NCBI GenBank assembly: GCA_041493035.1
Contig: JBGPYB010000002.1
Coordinates: 29,087 to 93,086 of the forward strand
Direction of reading: 5' to 3'
Source: Vicinamibacteria bacterium
GTDB lineage: Bacteria > Acidobacteriota > Vicinamibacteria > Fen-336
DNA: 64,000 bases
Part shown: positions 37,303 through 48,296 of the stretch, piece after piece
Layout: each line of letters begins with the position of its first letter
How positions within the stretch are numbered: position 1 is the first letter of the stretch
Translations under genes and position numbers: made by a program
Notes under the pieces: model-generated
The model's database searches: none
What the model saw: the letters and a program-made list of their open reading frames with translations, nothing else
What the model was told of the DNA's origin: nothing

Positions 37303-39360
37303 ATGCCCACCTCCGACAAGGACGCCCTCAGCATCAACACCGTCAGGACGTTGGCGATGGACGCGGTCCAGAAGGCGAACTCCGGCCACCCCGGAACGCC
37401 CATGGGCATGGCGCCCGTCGTCTACGCTCTCTGGCAGCGGCACCTGCGCTTCGACCCGAACGACCCCATCTGGCCGAACCGCGACCGCTTCGTCCTCTCG
37501 GCCGGCCACGCCTCGATGCTGCTCTACTCGATGCTGCACCTGGCGGGGGTCAAGGCGGTGAACCCGAAGTACGAAGCCCTGGGGCAGCTTGCCGTACCCC
37601 TGGACGACATCCAGCGCTTCCGCCAGCTCGACAGCCGCTGTCCCGGTCATCCCGAGTACCGGTGGACGTCGGGAGTCGAGACCACGACGGGGCCACTCGG
37701 CCAGGGCGCGGCGAACAGCGTGGGCATGGCCATCGCCTCGAAGTGGATGGCGTCGTACTTCAACCGGCCTGGCTTCGAGATGTTCTCCTTCGACGTGTAC
37801 GCCCTGGCGGGAGACGGCTGTTTGATGGAGGGTGTCTCGCAGGAAGCCGCGTCGCTCGCCGGCCACCTGAAGCTCGACAACCTCTGTTGGATCTACGACA
37901 GCAACCGGATCACCATCGAGGGGTCGACGTCCCTGGCGTTCAGCGACGATGTCGGGACGCGCTTCACTGGCTACGGTTGGGACGTCGTGCACGTCTCCGA
38001 CGCCAACGACCTCGCGGCTCTCGACAAGGCCTACGAGAAGGCCAAGGCCACGAAGAACAAGCCGACCATCATCATTGTCCAGAGCCACATCGGCTACGGC
38101 GCACCGACGAAACAGGACACCAAGGCCGCCCACGGCGAGCCCTTGGGCGACGAGGAAATCCGCCTCACAAAGCGCTTCTACGGATGGCCCGAAGACTCGA
38201 AATTTCTCGTCCCCGACGGTGTGCGCGAGAACTTCTCCGCCGGGATCGGAGCTCGCGGGGCGAAGCTGCGCGCCGAGTGGATGGTGCTCTTCGAGGCCTA
38301 CAAACAGAAGTACGCCACCGAGGCCGAGACGCTCTTCCGGATGCAGCATCGACAGCTCCCCGATGGCTGGGACAAGGGAATCCCGGTGTTCCCCGCCGAT
38401 CCCAAGGGCCTCGCCGGGCGGGACGCCTCGGCCAAGGTGCAGAACGCCGTCGCCCAGAGCATCCCGTGGCTGATTGGTGGCTCCGCCGATTTGGCACCGT
38501 CCACCAAGACGCTCCTGACCTTCGAGGGCGCCGGGGACTTCGAGGCGGGATCCTGGGGAGGACGCAACTTCCACTTCGGCGTCCGTGAGCACGCCATGGG
38601 CGCGGTCTTGAACGGGCTCTCGCTCTCCAAGGTGCGCCCCTACGGCTCGGGCTTCTTGATCTTCAGCGACTACGGCAAGCCGGCCATTCGTCTGGCCGCC
38701 CTCATGGAGATCCCGGTCATCTACCTCTTCACCCACGACTCGATCGGCGTCGGGGAGGACGGCCCGACTCATCAGCCCGTGGAGCAGCTCGTCTCGCTGC
38801 GGTCGATCCCCGGGCTCGTGACGATCCGCCCCGCCGACGCCAACGAGGTGGCCGAGGCCTGGCGCGTGATCCTCCAGTTCCGCCACGCTCCCGCCTGCCT
38901 CATCTTGACGCGCCAGGCGCTCCCGACTGTCGACCGCACGAAGTACGGGGCGGCTTCGGGTCTCGCCAAGGGTGCCTACGTGCTGGCCGACCCACAAGGC
39001 GCAGCACCCGAGGTGCTCCTCCTCGCCACCGGCAGCGAGGTGTACCTGTGCGTCGCAGCCCACGAGCAGCTCGCCAAGGAAGGGATAAGGAGCCGGGTGG
39101 TGAGCATGCCGTCCTGGGAGTTGTTCGATCATCAGACGCAGGAGTACCGAGACTCCGTTCTCCCCCCGGCGGTGAAGGCGCGCGTTTCGGTCGAGCAGGC
39201 GTCGACCTTCGGCTGGGAACGCTACGTCGGCTCGACTGGCCGGAGCATCGGCATGAACACCTTCGGGGCGTCGGCCCCCCTCAAGGACCTCCAGAAGAAG
39301 TTCGGCTTCGACCCCCAGAATGTCGTGGCCGTAGCAAAGCAACAAATCGGGCGAGGGTAG
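37303..39360 (+). CDS. tkt: Transketolase
   Basis: An AAGGGAG SD is present. The conserved motifs are [14 protein letters not shown], the ThDP motif [23 protein letters not shown] and the C-terminal domain. Confidence 0.95.
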   Translation: MPTSDKDALSINTVRTLAMDAVQKANSGHPGTPMGMAPVVYALWQRHLRFDPNDPIWPNRDRFVLSAGHASMLLYSMLHLAGVKAVNPKYEALGQLAVPLDDIQRFRQLDSRCPGHPEYRWTSGVETTTGPLGQGAANSVGMAIASKWMASYFNRPGFEMFSFDVYALAGDGCLMEGVSQEAASLAGHLKLDNLCWIYDSNRITIEGSTSLAFSDDVGTRFTGYGWDVVHVSDANDLAALDKAYEKAKATKNKPTIIIVQSHIGYGAPTKQDTKAAHGEPLGDEEIRLTKRFYGWPEDSKFLVPDGVRENFSAGIGARGAKLRAEWMVLFEAYKQKYATEAETLFRMQHRQLPDGWDKGIPVFPADPKGLAGRDASAKVQNAVAQSIPWLIGGSADLAPSTKTLLTFEGAGDFEAGSWGGRNFHFGVREHAMGAVLNGLSLSKVRPYGSGFLIFSDYGKPAIRLAALMEIPVIYLFTHDSIGVGEDGPTHQPVEQLVSLRSIPGLVTIRPADANEVAEAWRVILQFRHAPACLILTRQALPTVDRTKYGAASGLAKGAYVLADPQGAAPEVLLLATGSEVYLCVAAHEQLAKEGIRSRVVSMPSWELFDHQTQEYRDSVLPPAVKARVSVEQASTFGWERYVGSTGRSIGMNTFGASAPLKDLQKKFGFDPQNVVAVAKQQIGRG

Positions 39361-39421
39361 GAATGGATTACGGAAGCAGCGAGCGGCGGATTCACTCCGA
39401 CCCAAGCGACATGGGGCCGGA

Positions 39422-39877
39422 TTGCCTATGAGGATCGTCGTCGGTTCCGACCACGCCGGCTTGTCGCTCAAGCAGTTGATCGCGGGAGAGCTGCGCCAGG
39501 CTGGCCACGATGTCCTCGACGTGGGGACCTTTTCCTCGGAACCCAGCGACTATCCCGACTTTGCGGAGGCGGTGGGCGAGGCGGTGATCTCCGGCCGCGC
39601 GGAACGCGGCGTGCTGGTCTGTGGTAGCGGCGTTGGCGCCTCGGTGGCCGCCAACAAGATCCCCGGAGTGAGGGCCGCCGTCTGCCACGACGCCTACTCG
39701 GCCCACCAGGGCGTCGAGCACGACGACATGAACGTGCTCGTCCTGGGGGGGCGCATAATCGGCACCGCTCTTGCCCACGACCTCGTGGCCGCCTTCGTGG
39801 GAGCCCGCTTCTCCGGCGAGGAGCGTCACGTGCGCCGTCTCAACAAAGTCAAGGCGTTGGAGAAACGCTACCGCTAG
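39422..39877 (+). CDS. rpiB: Ribose-5-phosphate isomerase B
   Basis: The conserved motifs are [28 protein letters not shown] and MNVLVLGGR. Confidence 0.9.
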   Translation: MPMRIVVGSDHAGLSLKQLIAGELRQAGHDVLDVGTFSSEPSDYPDFAEAVGEAVISGRAERGVLVCGSGVGASVAANKIPGVRAAVCHDAYSAHQGVEHDDMNVLVLGGRIIGTALAHDLVAAFVGARFSGEERHVRRLNKVKALEKRYR

Positions 39878-39911
39878 GCTTCATTCGCGATTTCTGTCAG
39901 GAGAAGGTGGC

Positions 39912-42770
39912 ATGGGCAACCCCGTCAGCTCCCTCGGCCAATACCGGCAGTCGGTTTGGCTCGACTTCATCCGGCGCAGTCTCATCGCCGGGGGCGAGCT
40001 GAAGCGCCTCGTGGACGACGACGGCCTCGGGGGCGTGACGTCGAACCCCGCCATCTTCGAGAAGGCCATCGACGGCAGCAACGACTACGCGGTGGCCATC
40101 GAGGAGATCTCGAAGGATCCCTCCAAGGGCGCCAAGGAAGTCTTCGAGATCCTGGCCATCAAGGACATCCAGGACGCCGCCGACGTCCTGCGCCCCGTCT
40201 ACGACCGCACACGCTCGGGTGACGGCTACGTGAGCCTGGAGGTGGCGCCTGACCTGGCCAACGACACCGCCGGGACGCTGGAGGAGGCTCGCCGTCTCTG
40301 GAGGGCGGTAGGCCGACCCAACGTGATGATCAAGGTCCCCGCGACACCCGAGGGGGTTCCGGCCATAAGGACCCTGATCAGCGAGGGCGTCAACGTCAAT
40401 GTCACCCTCCTCTTCGCGCGCTCCGCCTACGAGACCGTGGCGCACGCTTTCATCGAAGGCCTCGAGGCTCGTGCGGCGCGGGGCGAAGCCTTGGGCAACG
40501 TCGCCAGCGTCGCCAGCTTCTTTGTGAGCCGTATCGACTCTGCCGTGGATGCCCTCCTCGAAGCGAAGCTGAAGACGGCGGCCGGCGCCGAGAAGAGACA
40601 GATCGAGAGCCTTCTCGGCAAAGTGGCCATCGCCAACGCCAAGGTGGCGTATCAGAGCTACAAGAAGATCTTCTCGGGCTCGAAGTGGGACGCCCTCAAG
40701 GCGAAAGGCGCCCAGACTCAGCGCGTGCTCTGGGCCAGCACGGGCACAAAGAACCCTCACTACCGCGATGTTCTCTACGTCGAGGAGCTGATCGGTGCCG
40801 AGACCGTCAACACGGTTCCGCCGGAAACGCTCTCGGCGTTTCGCGATCACGGCAAGCTTCGCGCGAGCCTCGAGGAGAACATAGGCGCGGCGACCGCGAC
40901 CCTGGCCGCTCTCGAGAAGGCCGGCATTTCCCTGGCCAAGGTGACCGACGACCTTCTCGCCGACGGCCTCAAGAAGTTCATGGAGCCCTTCACCAAGCTG
41001 CTCAAGGCCGTGGAGCGCCGCTGCCGCGAGGCCAACAAGGCGCGGATCAACGGCCAGACCCACGCCCTTCCCGCGGCCATCGCCGCCCTTGTCGACGCGA
41101 AGCTCAAGGAATGGGATCTGGGGGGAGGGACCCACCGCCTCTGGGCCGGCGACACGTCCCTCTGGACGGGAAAGGACGAGGCGAGCTGGATCGGCTGGCT
41201 CGGCATCGTGGAGTCTCAGCTCGACGACCTGACTCCTCTCGTCTCGCTCCGCGAGGAGGCGCGCAAGGAAGGGTTCACCCACGCCCTGCTTCTCGGCATG
41301 GGGGGCTCCAGCCTCTGCCCGGAGGTGTGGAAGGAGACCTTCGGGAAAGTCGCGGGCTCTCCCGAGCTGTTCGTCCTCGACTCCACCGATCCGGCGCAGG
41401 TCCAGGCCGTGGCCGACAAGGTGGATCTCGCCAAGACACTGTTCATCGTCTCGAGCAAGTCCGGATCGACCCTCGAGCCCAACATCTTCAAGGCCTACTT
41501 CTTCGATCGCGCGAAAAAGATCGTCGGTGCCGACAAAGCCGCCAGCCATTTCGTCGCCGTGACGGACCCGGACTCCCACCTCGAGAAGGAAGCGAAGGCC
41601 GACGGCTTCCGACACATCTTCGCAGGGGTGAAGAGCATCGGTGGCCGCTACTCTGCCCTGTCCAACTTCGGAATGGTCGCGGCTGCGGCCATGGGCCTCG
41701 ACGTGGAGCGCCTCCTCGACGAAGCGGAACGCATGCTCGCCGCCTGCGCCCCGGGCGTCCCCGCCTCCGAGAACCCCGGCCTCGTCCTCGGCACGATCCT
41801 CGGCGTGTGCGGGACGAAGGGGATCGACAAGCTCACGCTCGTCGCGTCACCGGGCGTCCATGACCTGGGCGCGTGGCTCGAGCAGCTCATCGCCGAGTCC
41901 ACAGGCAAAGAAGGCAAAGGGATCATCCCCGTCGATCGCGAGCGCGTCGCGTCCCCCAAGGCCTACGGCAAGGACAGGCTCTTCGCGTACCTCCGTCTGG
42001 AGAGCGCTCCCGACGCGGCCCAGGACGCGGCCGTTCTCGCCCTCGAAGCGGCCGGCCATCCGGTTGTCCGCATCCACGTGGCAACGCCCTACGACCTGGC
42101 CGAGGAGTTCGTGCGCTGGGAGATCGCCACGGCCATCGCGGGATCGATCCTGCGGATCAACCCCTTCAACCAGCCCGACGTCGAAGCGAGCAAGATCGCG
42201 ACGAAAGCCATCACCTCCGAGTACGAGAAGACCGGCAAGCTTCCGCCGGAAGCACCCTTCTTCGAGGGAGACGGCGTACGGCTCTTCGCCGACCCGAAGA
42301 ACGCCGAGGCACTGGCCAAGTCCGCCGGGTCGTCGCCATCCCTCGCCGGTTACCTGAAGGCACACCTGGGCCGCGTCGGTACGGGCGACTACCTGGGCCT
42401 CCTCGCCTACATCCAGATGACGCCCGCCCATGAAGAGACGCTCCAGAAGATCCGTCATCAGGTGCGGGACGAGAAGCGCGTAGCCACATGTCTGGGCTTC
42501 GGTCCGCGCTTCCTTCATTCGACGGGCCAGGCTTACAAGGGCGGCCCGAACAGCGGCGTCTTTCTCCAGGTCACCTGCGACGACGCGAAGGACGTGGCTG
42601 TCCCGGGGCAGAGGTTCACCTTCGGTGTCGTCAAGGCTTCCCAGGCGCGCGGCGACTTCCAGGTTCTCGCGGAACGAAACCGGCGGGCGCTCCGGGTGCA
42701 CCTCGGTCCCGACGTCGCTGCCGGACTCGAAACGCTGCGGGTGGCCGTCGACAAAGCACTTCATTCCTGA
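39912..42770 (+). CDS. Bifunctional transaldolase / glucose-6-phosphate isomerase fusion
   Basis: The N-terminal Tal domain carries VWLDFIRR and GVTSNPAIFEKAI. The C-terminal PGI domain carries LLGMGGSSLCPEV, FIVSSKSGSTLEP and GGRYSALSNFG. An AGGAGAAGGTGG SD is present. The product is 952 aa. Confidence 0.9.
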   Translation: MGNPVSSLGQYRQSVWLDFIRRSLIAGGELKRLVDDDGLGGVTSNPAIFEKAIDGSNDYAVAIEEISKDPSKGAKEVFEILAIKDIQDAADVLRPVYDRTRSGDGYVSLEVAPDLANDTAGTLEEARRLWRAVGRPNVMIKVPATPEGVPAIRTLISEGVNVNVTLLFARSAYETVAHAFIEGLEARAARGEALGNVASVASFFVSRIDSAVDALLEAKLKTAAGAEKRQIESLLGKVAIANAKVAYQSYKKIFSGSKWDALKAKGAQTQRVLWASTGTKNPHYRDVLYVEELIGAETVNTVPPETLSAFRDHGKLRASLEENIGAATATLAALEKAGISLAKVTDDLLADGLKKFMEPFTKLLKAVERRCREANKARINGQTHALPAAIAALVDAKLKEWDLGGGTHRLWAGDTSLWTGKDEASWIGWLGIVESQLDDLTPLVSLREEARKEGFTHALLLGMGGSSLCPEVWKETFGKVAGSPELFVLDSTDPAQVQAVADKVDLAKTLFIVSSKSGSTLEPNIFKAYFFDRAKKIVGADKAASHFVAVTDPDSHLEKEAKADGFRHIFAGVKSIGGRYSALSNFGMVAAAAMGLDVERLLDEAERMLAACAPGVPASENPGLVLGTILGVCGTKGIDKLTLVASPGVHDLGAWLEQLIAESTGKEGKGIIPVDRERVASPKAYGKDRLFAYLRLESAPDAAQDAAVLALEAAGHPVVRIHVATPYDLAEEFVRWEIATAIAGSILRINPFNQPDVEASKIATKAITSEYEKTGKLPPEAPFFEGDGVRLFADPKNAEALAKSAGSSPSLAGYLKAHLGRVGTGDYLGLLAYIQMTPAHEETLQKIRHQVRDEKRVATCLGFGPRFLHSTGQAYKGGPNSGVFLQVTCDDAKDVAVPGQRFTFGVVKASQARGDFQVLAERNRRALRVHLGPDVAAGLETLRVAVDKALHS

Positions 42771-42782
42771 GAGGTAGAAGCA

Positions 42783-43793
42783 ATGCAGTTCGGCATGATC
42801 GGTCTCGGACGGATGGGCGCCAACATGGTGCGCCGCCTCATGAGGGCTGGGCACACGTGCGTCGTCTTCGATCGCTCGGCAGATGCGGTGGCGGGCCTCG
42901 TCAAGGAAGGGGCGACGGGCTCGTCCTCCCTGGCCGAGTTCGTCAAGAAGCTCGACGCTCCGCGACACCTGTGCCTGATGGTTCCGGCGGCGTTCGTGGA
43001 TTCGAGCGTCGATGAGCTGGTGCCCATGCTTGCGAAGGGGGACACCATCATCGACGGTGGCAACTCCCACTATCACGACGACATCGCCCGAGCCAAGCGC
43101 CTCGCGACGAAGGGACTCCACTACGTCGACATGGGGACGAGCGGCGGTGTCTGGGGGCTGGAGCGCGGCTACTGCCTGATGATCGGTGGTGAGGCCGAGG
43201 TCGTGAAGCGCCTCGATCCGATCTTCGCCACGCTGGCGCCGGGCAAGGGCGATATCCCGCGCACCGCCGGCCGGGAGAAGCTCGGCGGCACCGCGGAGCT
43301 GGGTTACCTCCACTGCGGCCCGAACGGCGCCGGCCACTTCGTGAAGATGGTCCACAACGGGATCGAGTACGGTCTCATGGCGGCCTATGCCGAAGGGCTC
43401 AACATCCTGGCGAAGGCCAACATTGGCAAGGGAAAGCACGAAGTCGACGCCGAGACGACGCCGCTCCGTAACCCCGAGCACTATCAGTACGACTTCAACA
43501 TCGCCGACATCACCGAGGTCTGGAGGCGCGGCAGCGTCGTCGCGTCTTGGCTGCTCGACCTGACCGCGAGCGCCTTCGTCGGAAACCCGACCCTCGGGAA
43601 CTTCGCGGGGAAGGTGTCGGACTCGGGCGAGGGGCGCTGGACGATCGCCGCGGCCAACGACGAAGCGGTTCCAGCCCACGTCCTGACGGCGGCGCTCTTC
43701 GAGCGTTTCGCTTCTCGTGGCGAGGACGACTTCCAGAACCGCGTCCTCTCGGCCATGCGCTTCGGCTTCGGCGGCCACGTGGAGAAGAAGTAG
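42783..43793 (+). CDS. gnd: 6-phosphogluconate dehydrogenase (decarboxylating), short-chain form
   Basis: The NAD(P)-binding motif reads [15 protein letters not shown]. Further motifs are DGGNSHY and MVHNGIEYG. Confidence 0.85.
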   Translation: MQFGMIGLGRMGANMVRRLMRAGHTCVVFDRSADAVAGLVKEGATGSSSLAEFVKKLDAPRHLCLMVPAAFVDSSVDELVPMLAKGDTIIDGGNSHYHDDIARAKRLATKGLHYVDMGTSGGVWGLERGYCLMIGGEAEVVKRLDPIFATLAPGKGDIPRTAGREKLGGTAELGYLHCGPNGAGHFVKMVHNGIEYGLMAAYAEGLNILAKANIGKGKHEVDAETTPLRNPEHYQYDFNIADITEVWRRGSVVASWLLDLTASAFVGNPTLGNFAGKVSDSGEGRWTIAAANDEAVPAHVLTAALFERFASRGEDDFQNRVLSAMRFGFGGHVEKK

Positions 43794-45176
43794 ATGGCGG
43801 AGCGGCCGCGCTCCGACGCCCTCGTCTTCTTCGGCGCCACCGGAGACCTCGCGTACAAGAAGATCTTCCCGGCTCTCCAGTCCCTCATGCGCCGCGGTCG
43901 CCTCGACGTCCCGGTCGTGGGCGTCGCCAAGTCGGGGTGGACGCGAGAGCAGCTCATCGAGCGGGCCAAGGCCAGCGTCACCGAATACGGCGGCCTCGAC
44001 GAGACGCCTTTCGCGAAGCTGGCCGGGCAGCTCCGCTACGTGGATGGTGACTACAGCGATCCGACCACCTTCAGCCGCCTCAAGGCGGAGTTGGAACACG
44101 CCGAGCGGCCCGCTCACTACCTCGCCATTCCTCCGAGTATGTTTCCGACCGTTGTGGAGCGCCTCGAGCAGGGGGGCGTCTCGAGGGGCGCGAGGGTCAT
44201 CGTCGAAAAGCCTTTCGGGCGCGATCTGGCCTCGGCTCAATCGCTGAACGACACGCTCCACAAGGTCTTTCCCGAGGAGTCGATCTTCCGGATCGACCAC
44301 TACCTCGGCAAGGAAGCCGTCCAGAACATCCTCTACTTCCGTTTCGCCAACGCCTTCCTCGAGCCCATCTGGAACCGCCACTACGTCGAGAACGTGCAGA
44401 TCCTCATGGCCGAGAGCTTCGGCGTCAAAGGGCGGGGGAAGTTCTACGAGGAGACGGGCGTCATCCGCGACGTGATCCAGAATCATCTGCTCCAGATCGT
44501 CAGCTACCTGGCCATGGAGGCGCCATCCTCGACCTACCACGAGGCGATTCGCGACGAGCAGGCGAAGGTCCTGCGCAACGTGCGCCCTCTCTCCACCGAG
44601 CACATGGTGAGGGGACAGTTCCGCGGGTATCGCGACGAGCCGGGAGTTTCGAAGGACTCGTATATGGCGACCTACGCCGCCCTGCGTCTCTACGTGGACT
44701 CGTGGCGATGGGAGGGCGTTCCGTTCTACGTCCGCGCCGGAAAATGCCTGAAGTCGACGCTGACCGAGGTCGTGGTCGAGCTTCGGAATCCGCCCCAGGT
44801 CGTCTTCACCGAGCCGACGCCGTCGATGGGCAACTTCGTGCGCTTCCGCCTGAGCCCCGACGTGGCGATCACCATCGGCGCCCGAGCGAAGCGCCCCGGT
44901 GAGGGGATGATGGGCCAGCCGACGGAGCTGTCGGTCGTGGAGCAGGCAGGACAGGGGGAGGCTGGGCGCATGGAAGCCTACGAGCGCCTCCTGGGCGACG
45001 CCATGGCGGGGGACGCGACACTCTTCGCGCGTCAGGACGTGGTCGAGGCGGCCTGGGCCATCGTGGACCCGATCATCCACGGCCCGAGCCCGATGTACGA
45101 GTACGAGCCCGGAACCTGGGGCCCGCCCCAGGCCGACAAGCTGGTGGCCGATGTGGGAGGCTGGAGCACATTCTGA
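43794..45176 (+). CDS. zwf: Glucose-6-phosphate 1-dehydrogenase
   Basis: The conserved motifs are [22 protein letters not shown] and YFRFAN. Confidence 0.9.
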   Translation: MAERPRSDALVFFGATGDLAYKKIFPALQSLMRRGRLDVPVVGVAKSGWTREQLIERAKASVTEYGGLDETPFAKLAGQLRYVDGDYSDPTTFSRLKAELEHAERPAHYLAIPPSMFPTVVERLEQGGVSRGARVIVEKPFGRDLASAQSLNDTLHKVFPEESIFRIDHYLGKEAVQNILYFRFANAFLEPIWNRHYVENVQILMAESFGVKGRGKFYEETGVIRDVIQNHLLQIVSYLAMEAPSSTYHEAIRDEQAKVLRNVRPLSTEHMVRGQFRGYRDEPGVSKDSYMATYAALRLYVDSWRWEGVPFYVRAGKCLKSTLTEVVVELRNPPQVVFTEPTPSMGNFVRFRLSPDVAITIGARAKRPGEGMMGQPTELSVVEQAGQGEAGRMEAYERLLGDAMAGDATLFARQDVVEAAWAIVDPIIHGPSPMYEYEPGTWGPPQADKLVADVGGWSTF

Positions 45177-45937
45177 TGAAGATTCTCGTCATCGACGTGG
45201 GCGGCACGAACCTCAAGGTCGGTCTCACCGGGCGCAAAGAGCCTCTGAAAATCCCGTCGGGGCCTGAGATGAGCGCGTCCAAGATGGCGGCTGCCGTGAA
45301 GAAGGCCACCGCCGGATGGAAATACGACGCGGTCTCGATCGGTTACCCGGGGCCCGTCGTCAACAAGCGGCCGGCCCAGGAGCCCGCGAACCTGGGAGCG
45401 GGCTGGGTCCGCCTCGACTACAAGAAGGCCTTCGGCAAGCCGGTGCGAGTCGTGAACGACGCTGCGATGCAGGCCATGGGGAGCTACCAGGGAGGGCGAA
45501 TGCTCTTTCTGGGGCTCGGCACGGGTCTCGGGTCGGCACTCGTCGCCGATGGCGTCCTCGAGCCGCTGGAACTGGCCCACCTTCCGTATCGCAACAACCG
45601 CACGTACGAGGACTACGTGGGCCTCCGGGGTCTCGAGCGACTGGGCCGCAAGAAGTGGCAGCACCACGTGGAGACTGTCGTGGCACTGCTCAAGCACGGC
45701 CTGCAAGTGGACTACGTGACGCTCGGAGGGGGACAGACCAAGAAGCTCAAGGGTCTGCCCGCGGGCGTACGGCTGGGCACCAACGGCCACGCGATCCTCG
45801 GGGGTTTCCGGCTTTGGGACGAGCCCAGCCCGAAGCAGCGCCCCCGCCGAACCCACGTCGCGCGCACTCGCGGACGCGGGTCCGTCGAGGTCCGGGTGGC
45901 GGCAGACCAGGAGGCGCCTGCGGCGCCGTCGGCCTGA
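45176..45937 (+). CDS. ROK-family sugar kinase (glucokinase-like, possibly polyphosphate-dependent)
   Basis: The ROK signatures are [17 protein letters not shown] and LGLGTGLGSAL. A basic C-terminal tail is present. Confidence 0.65.
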   Translation: MKILVIDVGGTNLKVGLTGRKEPLKIPSGPEMSASKMAAAVKKATAGWKYDAVSIGYPGPVVNKRPAQEPANLGAGWVRLDYKKAFGKPVRVVNDAAMQAMGSYQGGRMLFLGLGTGLGSALVADGVLEPLELAHLPYRNNRTYEDYVGLRGLERLGRKKWQHHVETVVALLKHGLQVDYVTLGGGQTKKLKGLPAGVRLGTNGHAILGGFRLWDEPSPKQRPRRTHVARTRGRGSVEVRVAADQEAPAAPSA

Positions 45938-45944
45938 GTCTGTC

Positions 45945-46622
45945 ATGGCGACGCGCCTCTACCTAGTCCGTCACGGCGCCACGCAGCTCACGGCCGAGGA
46001 TCGCTTCTCCGGCTCCGTCGGCGTCGATCTCTCCGACGAAGGGCGGGAGCAGGTCCGGTGCCTCGGCGAGCGCCTCGGCCACGAGAGCATCGCAGCCGTC
46101 TACTGCAGCCCCCTGAGCCGCACGGCCGAGACGGCTGGCATCCTGGCCAAGGCCCACAAGCTCACGCCGATCCATCGCGACGGCCTTCGCGAGATCAGCC
46201 ACGGCCGCTGGGAGGGGCTGACGCGCCGCGAGGTGGAGAAGCGGTTCCCCGACGAGTACACCTCATGGGAGGCCGACCCCTTCACGTTCGCTCCACAGGA
46301 CGGTGAGTCGGGCCTCGGAGTCCTCGCGCGGGCTCTTCCCGTGATACGGGACATCGTGGTGGCCCATCCCGCCGAGACTGTGCTCGTCGTGTCCCACAAA
46401 GCCACGTTGCGCCTGATCCTGAGCAGCCTCCTGGGTTTCGACGCCCGCGGCTACCGGGATCGACTGGACCAGTCGCCCGCGTGCCTCAACGTCGTCGATT
46501 TCAAGGACCCGACCCGCGCCCGCTTGATGCTGTTCAACGACGTGTCCCACTACGCCGATCGCCCGCGGATGCCCGTGAAGAATCTCTCGAAATGGTGGGA
46601 CGCCCCGGCTTCGCGTCGCTGA
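45945..46622 (+). CDS. Histidine-phosphatase (phosphoglycerate-mutase family) protein
   Basis: The catalytic motif is LVRHGAT (RHG). A conserved SPLSRTAETAG block and a downstream His (VVSHKAT) are present. Confidence 0.8.
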   Translation: MATRLYLVRHGATQLTAEDRFSGSVGVDLSDEGREQVRCLGERLGHESIAAVYCSPLSRTAETAGILAKAHKLTPIHRDGLREISHGRWEGLTRREVEKRFPDEYTSWEADPFTFAPQDGESGLGVLARALPVIRDIVVAHPAETVLVVSHKATLRLILSSLLGFDARGYRDRLDQSPACLNVVDFKDPTRARLMLFNDVSHYADRPRMPVKNLSKWWDAPASRR

Positions 46623-46631
46623 AGGCCGCTC

Positions 46632-48296
46632 TCAGGGTTCGTCGATCTTCAGCAATTGGTCGGCCTTGACGTTCTCGAGGTGCGTCAGGGTCCCGTCGGG
46701 CCACGTTACCTCGACGACATCGGCCTGCTTCTCCGGACCGAGGCCGAAGTGCGGGCGCATGTCGTCCTGGGAGAGGTAGCTCGTTCCGCTGCGGACGAGG
46801 CGCGTGAGCGCGAGCCTTCCCGCTTTGACGCGAACCACGGCGCCGATCGCGTCGGTGTTCTCCCCTTTCCCCTTGAGCTCGAGGAGCAGCCAATGGCCGG
46901 TCCCTCGAAGCTCGTTGTGGAGGATCTGCGGGCTTCCATCCAGGTCGTTGATCACCACATCGAGCCGTCCGTCGTTGTCCAGGTCGCCCACCGCGAGGCC
47001 GCGGCTGACCCGCTCCTCGGTTAGCGTCGGTCCGTATCGAGTTGCCACCTCGTCGAAACTACCGTCACCGTGGCCGTGATAGAGAAGTTTCCGCTGCCGA
47101 TAGCCAGCTGATGCGCCCAGCCGCGCTTGGTCGAGCTGCGGGTAGACGTGGCCGTTGACAACGATGATGTCGAGGAAGCCGTCGTTGTCGTAGTCGAAGA
47201 GCGCCGTCCCCCACCCCACGTAGGGAAGGCTGCTGGCTGCGGTCTTCGAACGGAAGGACGCATCGGTGAAGTGGTCGCCGTCGTTGCGATAGAGGTCGTT
47301 GTACTCCTCGGAAAAGTTTGTCTTGAAGAGGCTCAGGCGCCCACTGCCGTCGTAGTCGCCCACCGCCACGCCCATGCCCCCCTGCTCGGAGCCGTCTTCG
47401 CTCACGGCGACACCCATCGGAAAGGCGACCTCCTTGAAGGTGCCGTCCTTCTGGTTGAGGTAAAGGAAGCTGGGCGTCGAGTCGTTGGCCACGAAGAGGT
47501 CGGGCCAACCGTCGTTGTCGTAGTCGAACCAGGCGATGCCCAGGCCGAAATACCCGCGCGGGTCCGAGACGCCTGCCTTGGCACCCACCTCGGTGAAGTG
47601 GCCGTTCCCGTCGTTGTGGAACAACAGATCCGACTCGCCCGGAAGGCCCCGCGGGCCGCACTGGACGGCGACGCCGCGGTACTCGCAGGTCTTCCCCTTG
47701 CCGAACTCGGGCAGGTGTTCGAGGTCGATCTTCACGTAGCGGCTCACGAAAAGATCCAGGTGGCCATCCCGGTCGTAGTCTGAGAAGCCGCAGCCGGTCG
47801 ACCAGCCCCCTCCCGCGACGCCGGCCCGTTCCGTGATGTCCGCGAACGTACCGTCGTGGTTGTTGCGATACAGGTGATTGCCGCCGATCGCCGTCACGTA
47901 CAGGTCTTCCCAGCCATCCCCGTCCACGTCGGCCGTGCAGACACCCATCGCCCATCCTGGATGTCCGATTCCGGCCCTGTCCGTGACGTCCTCGAATTTC
48001 CCGTTCCCGAGGTTCCGATAGAGCGCGCTCCGTGCAGCCTTCGGGTCCTTGGCCGTGTCCACGGTCAGCGAATCGACGAAGTAGATGTCCAAGAGGCCAT
48101 CGTTGTCGAAGTCGAAGAGGGCGACACCGCCACTCATCGACTCCACGATGTACTTCTTCTCCGGGGCCGCGTGATGCTGGAAGCTGATTCCGGCCTCCCC
48201 GGTGATGTCGCGGAAGAGGATCTGAGGCGCATCGGGCACGGCCTGGATCGCGGTGGCTGACAGAATCGACGCGACCCCGGCGATCGCGGCCTTCAC
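46632..48296 (-). CDS. CRTAC1-family protein (FG-GAP/VCBS repeats + ASPIC/UnbV domain)
   Basis: Repeated FDYDNDGxxDLFV / GDxDGDG calcium-binding propeller motifs are present, with a C-terminal UnbV/ASPIC-like region. Confidence 0.85.
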   Translation of the reverse strand: MKAAIAGVASILSATAIQAVPDAPQILFRDITGEAGISFQHHAAPEKKYIVESMSGGVALFDFDNDGLLDIYFVDSLTVDTAKDPKAARSALYRNLGNGKFEDVTDRAGIGHPGWAMGVCTADVDGDGWEDLYVTAIGGNHLYRNNHDGTFADITERAGVAGGGWSTGCGFSDYDRDGHLDLFVSRYVKIDLEHLPEFGKGKTCEYRGVAVQCGPRGLPGESDLLFHNDGNGHFTEVGAKAGVSDPRGYFGLGIAWFDYDNDGWPDLFVANDSTPSFLYLNQKDGTFKEVAFPMGVAVSEDGSEQGGMGVAVGDYDGSGRLSLFKTNFSEEYNDLYRNDGDHFTDASFRSKTAASSLPYVGWGTALFDYDNDGFLDIIVVNGHVYPQLDQARLGASAGYRQRKLLYHGHGDGSFDEVATRYGPTLTEERVSRGLAVGDLDNDGRLDVVINDLDGSPQILHNELRGTGHWLLLELKGKGENTDAIGAVVRVKAGRLALTRLVRSGTSYLSQDDMRPHFGLGPEKQADVVEVTWPDGTLTHLENVKADQLLKIDEP

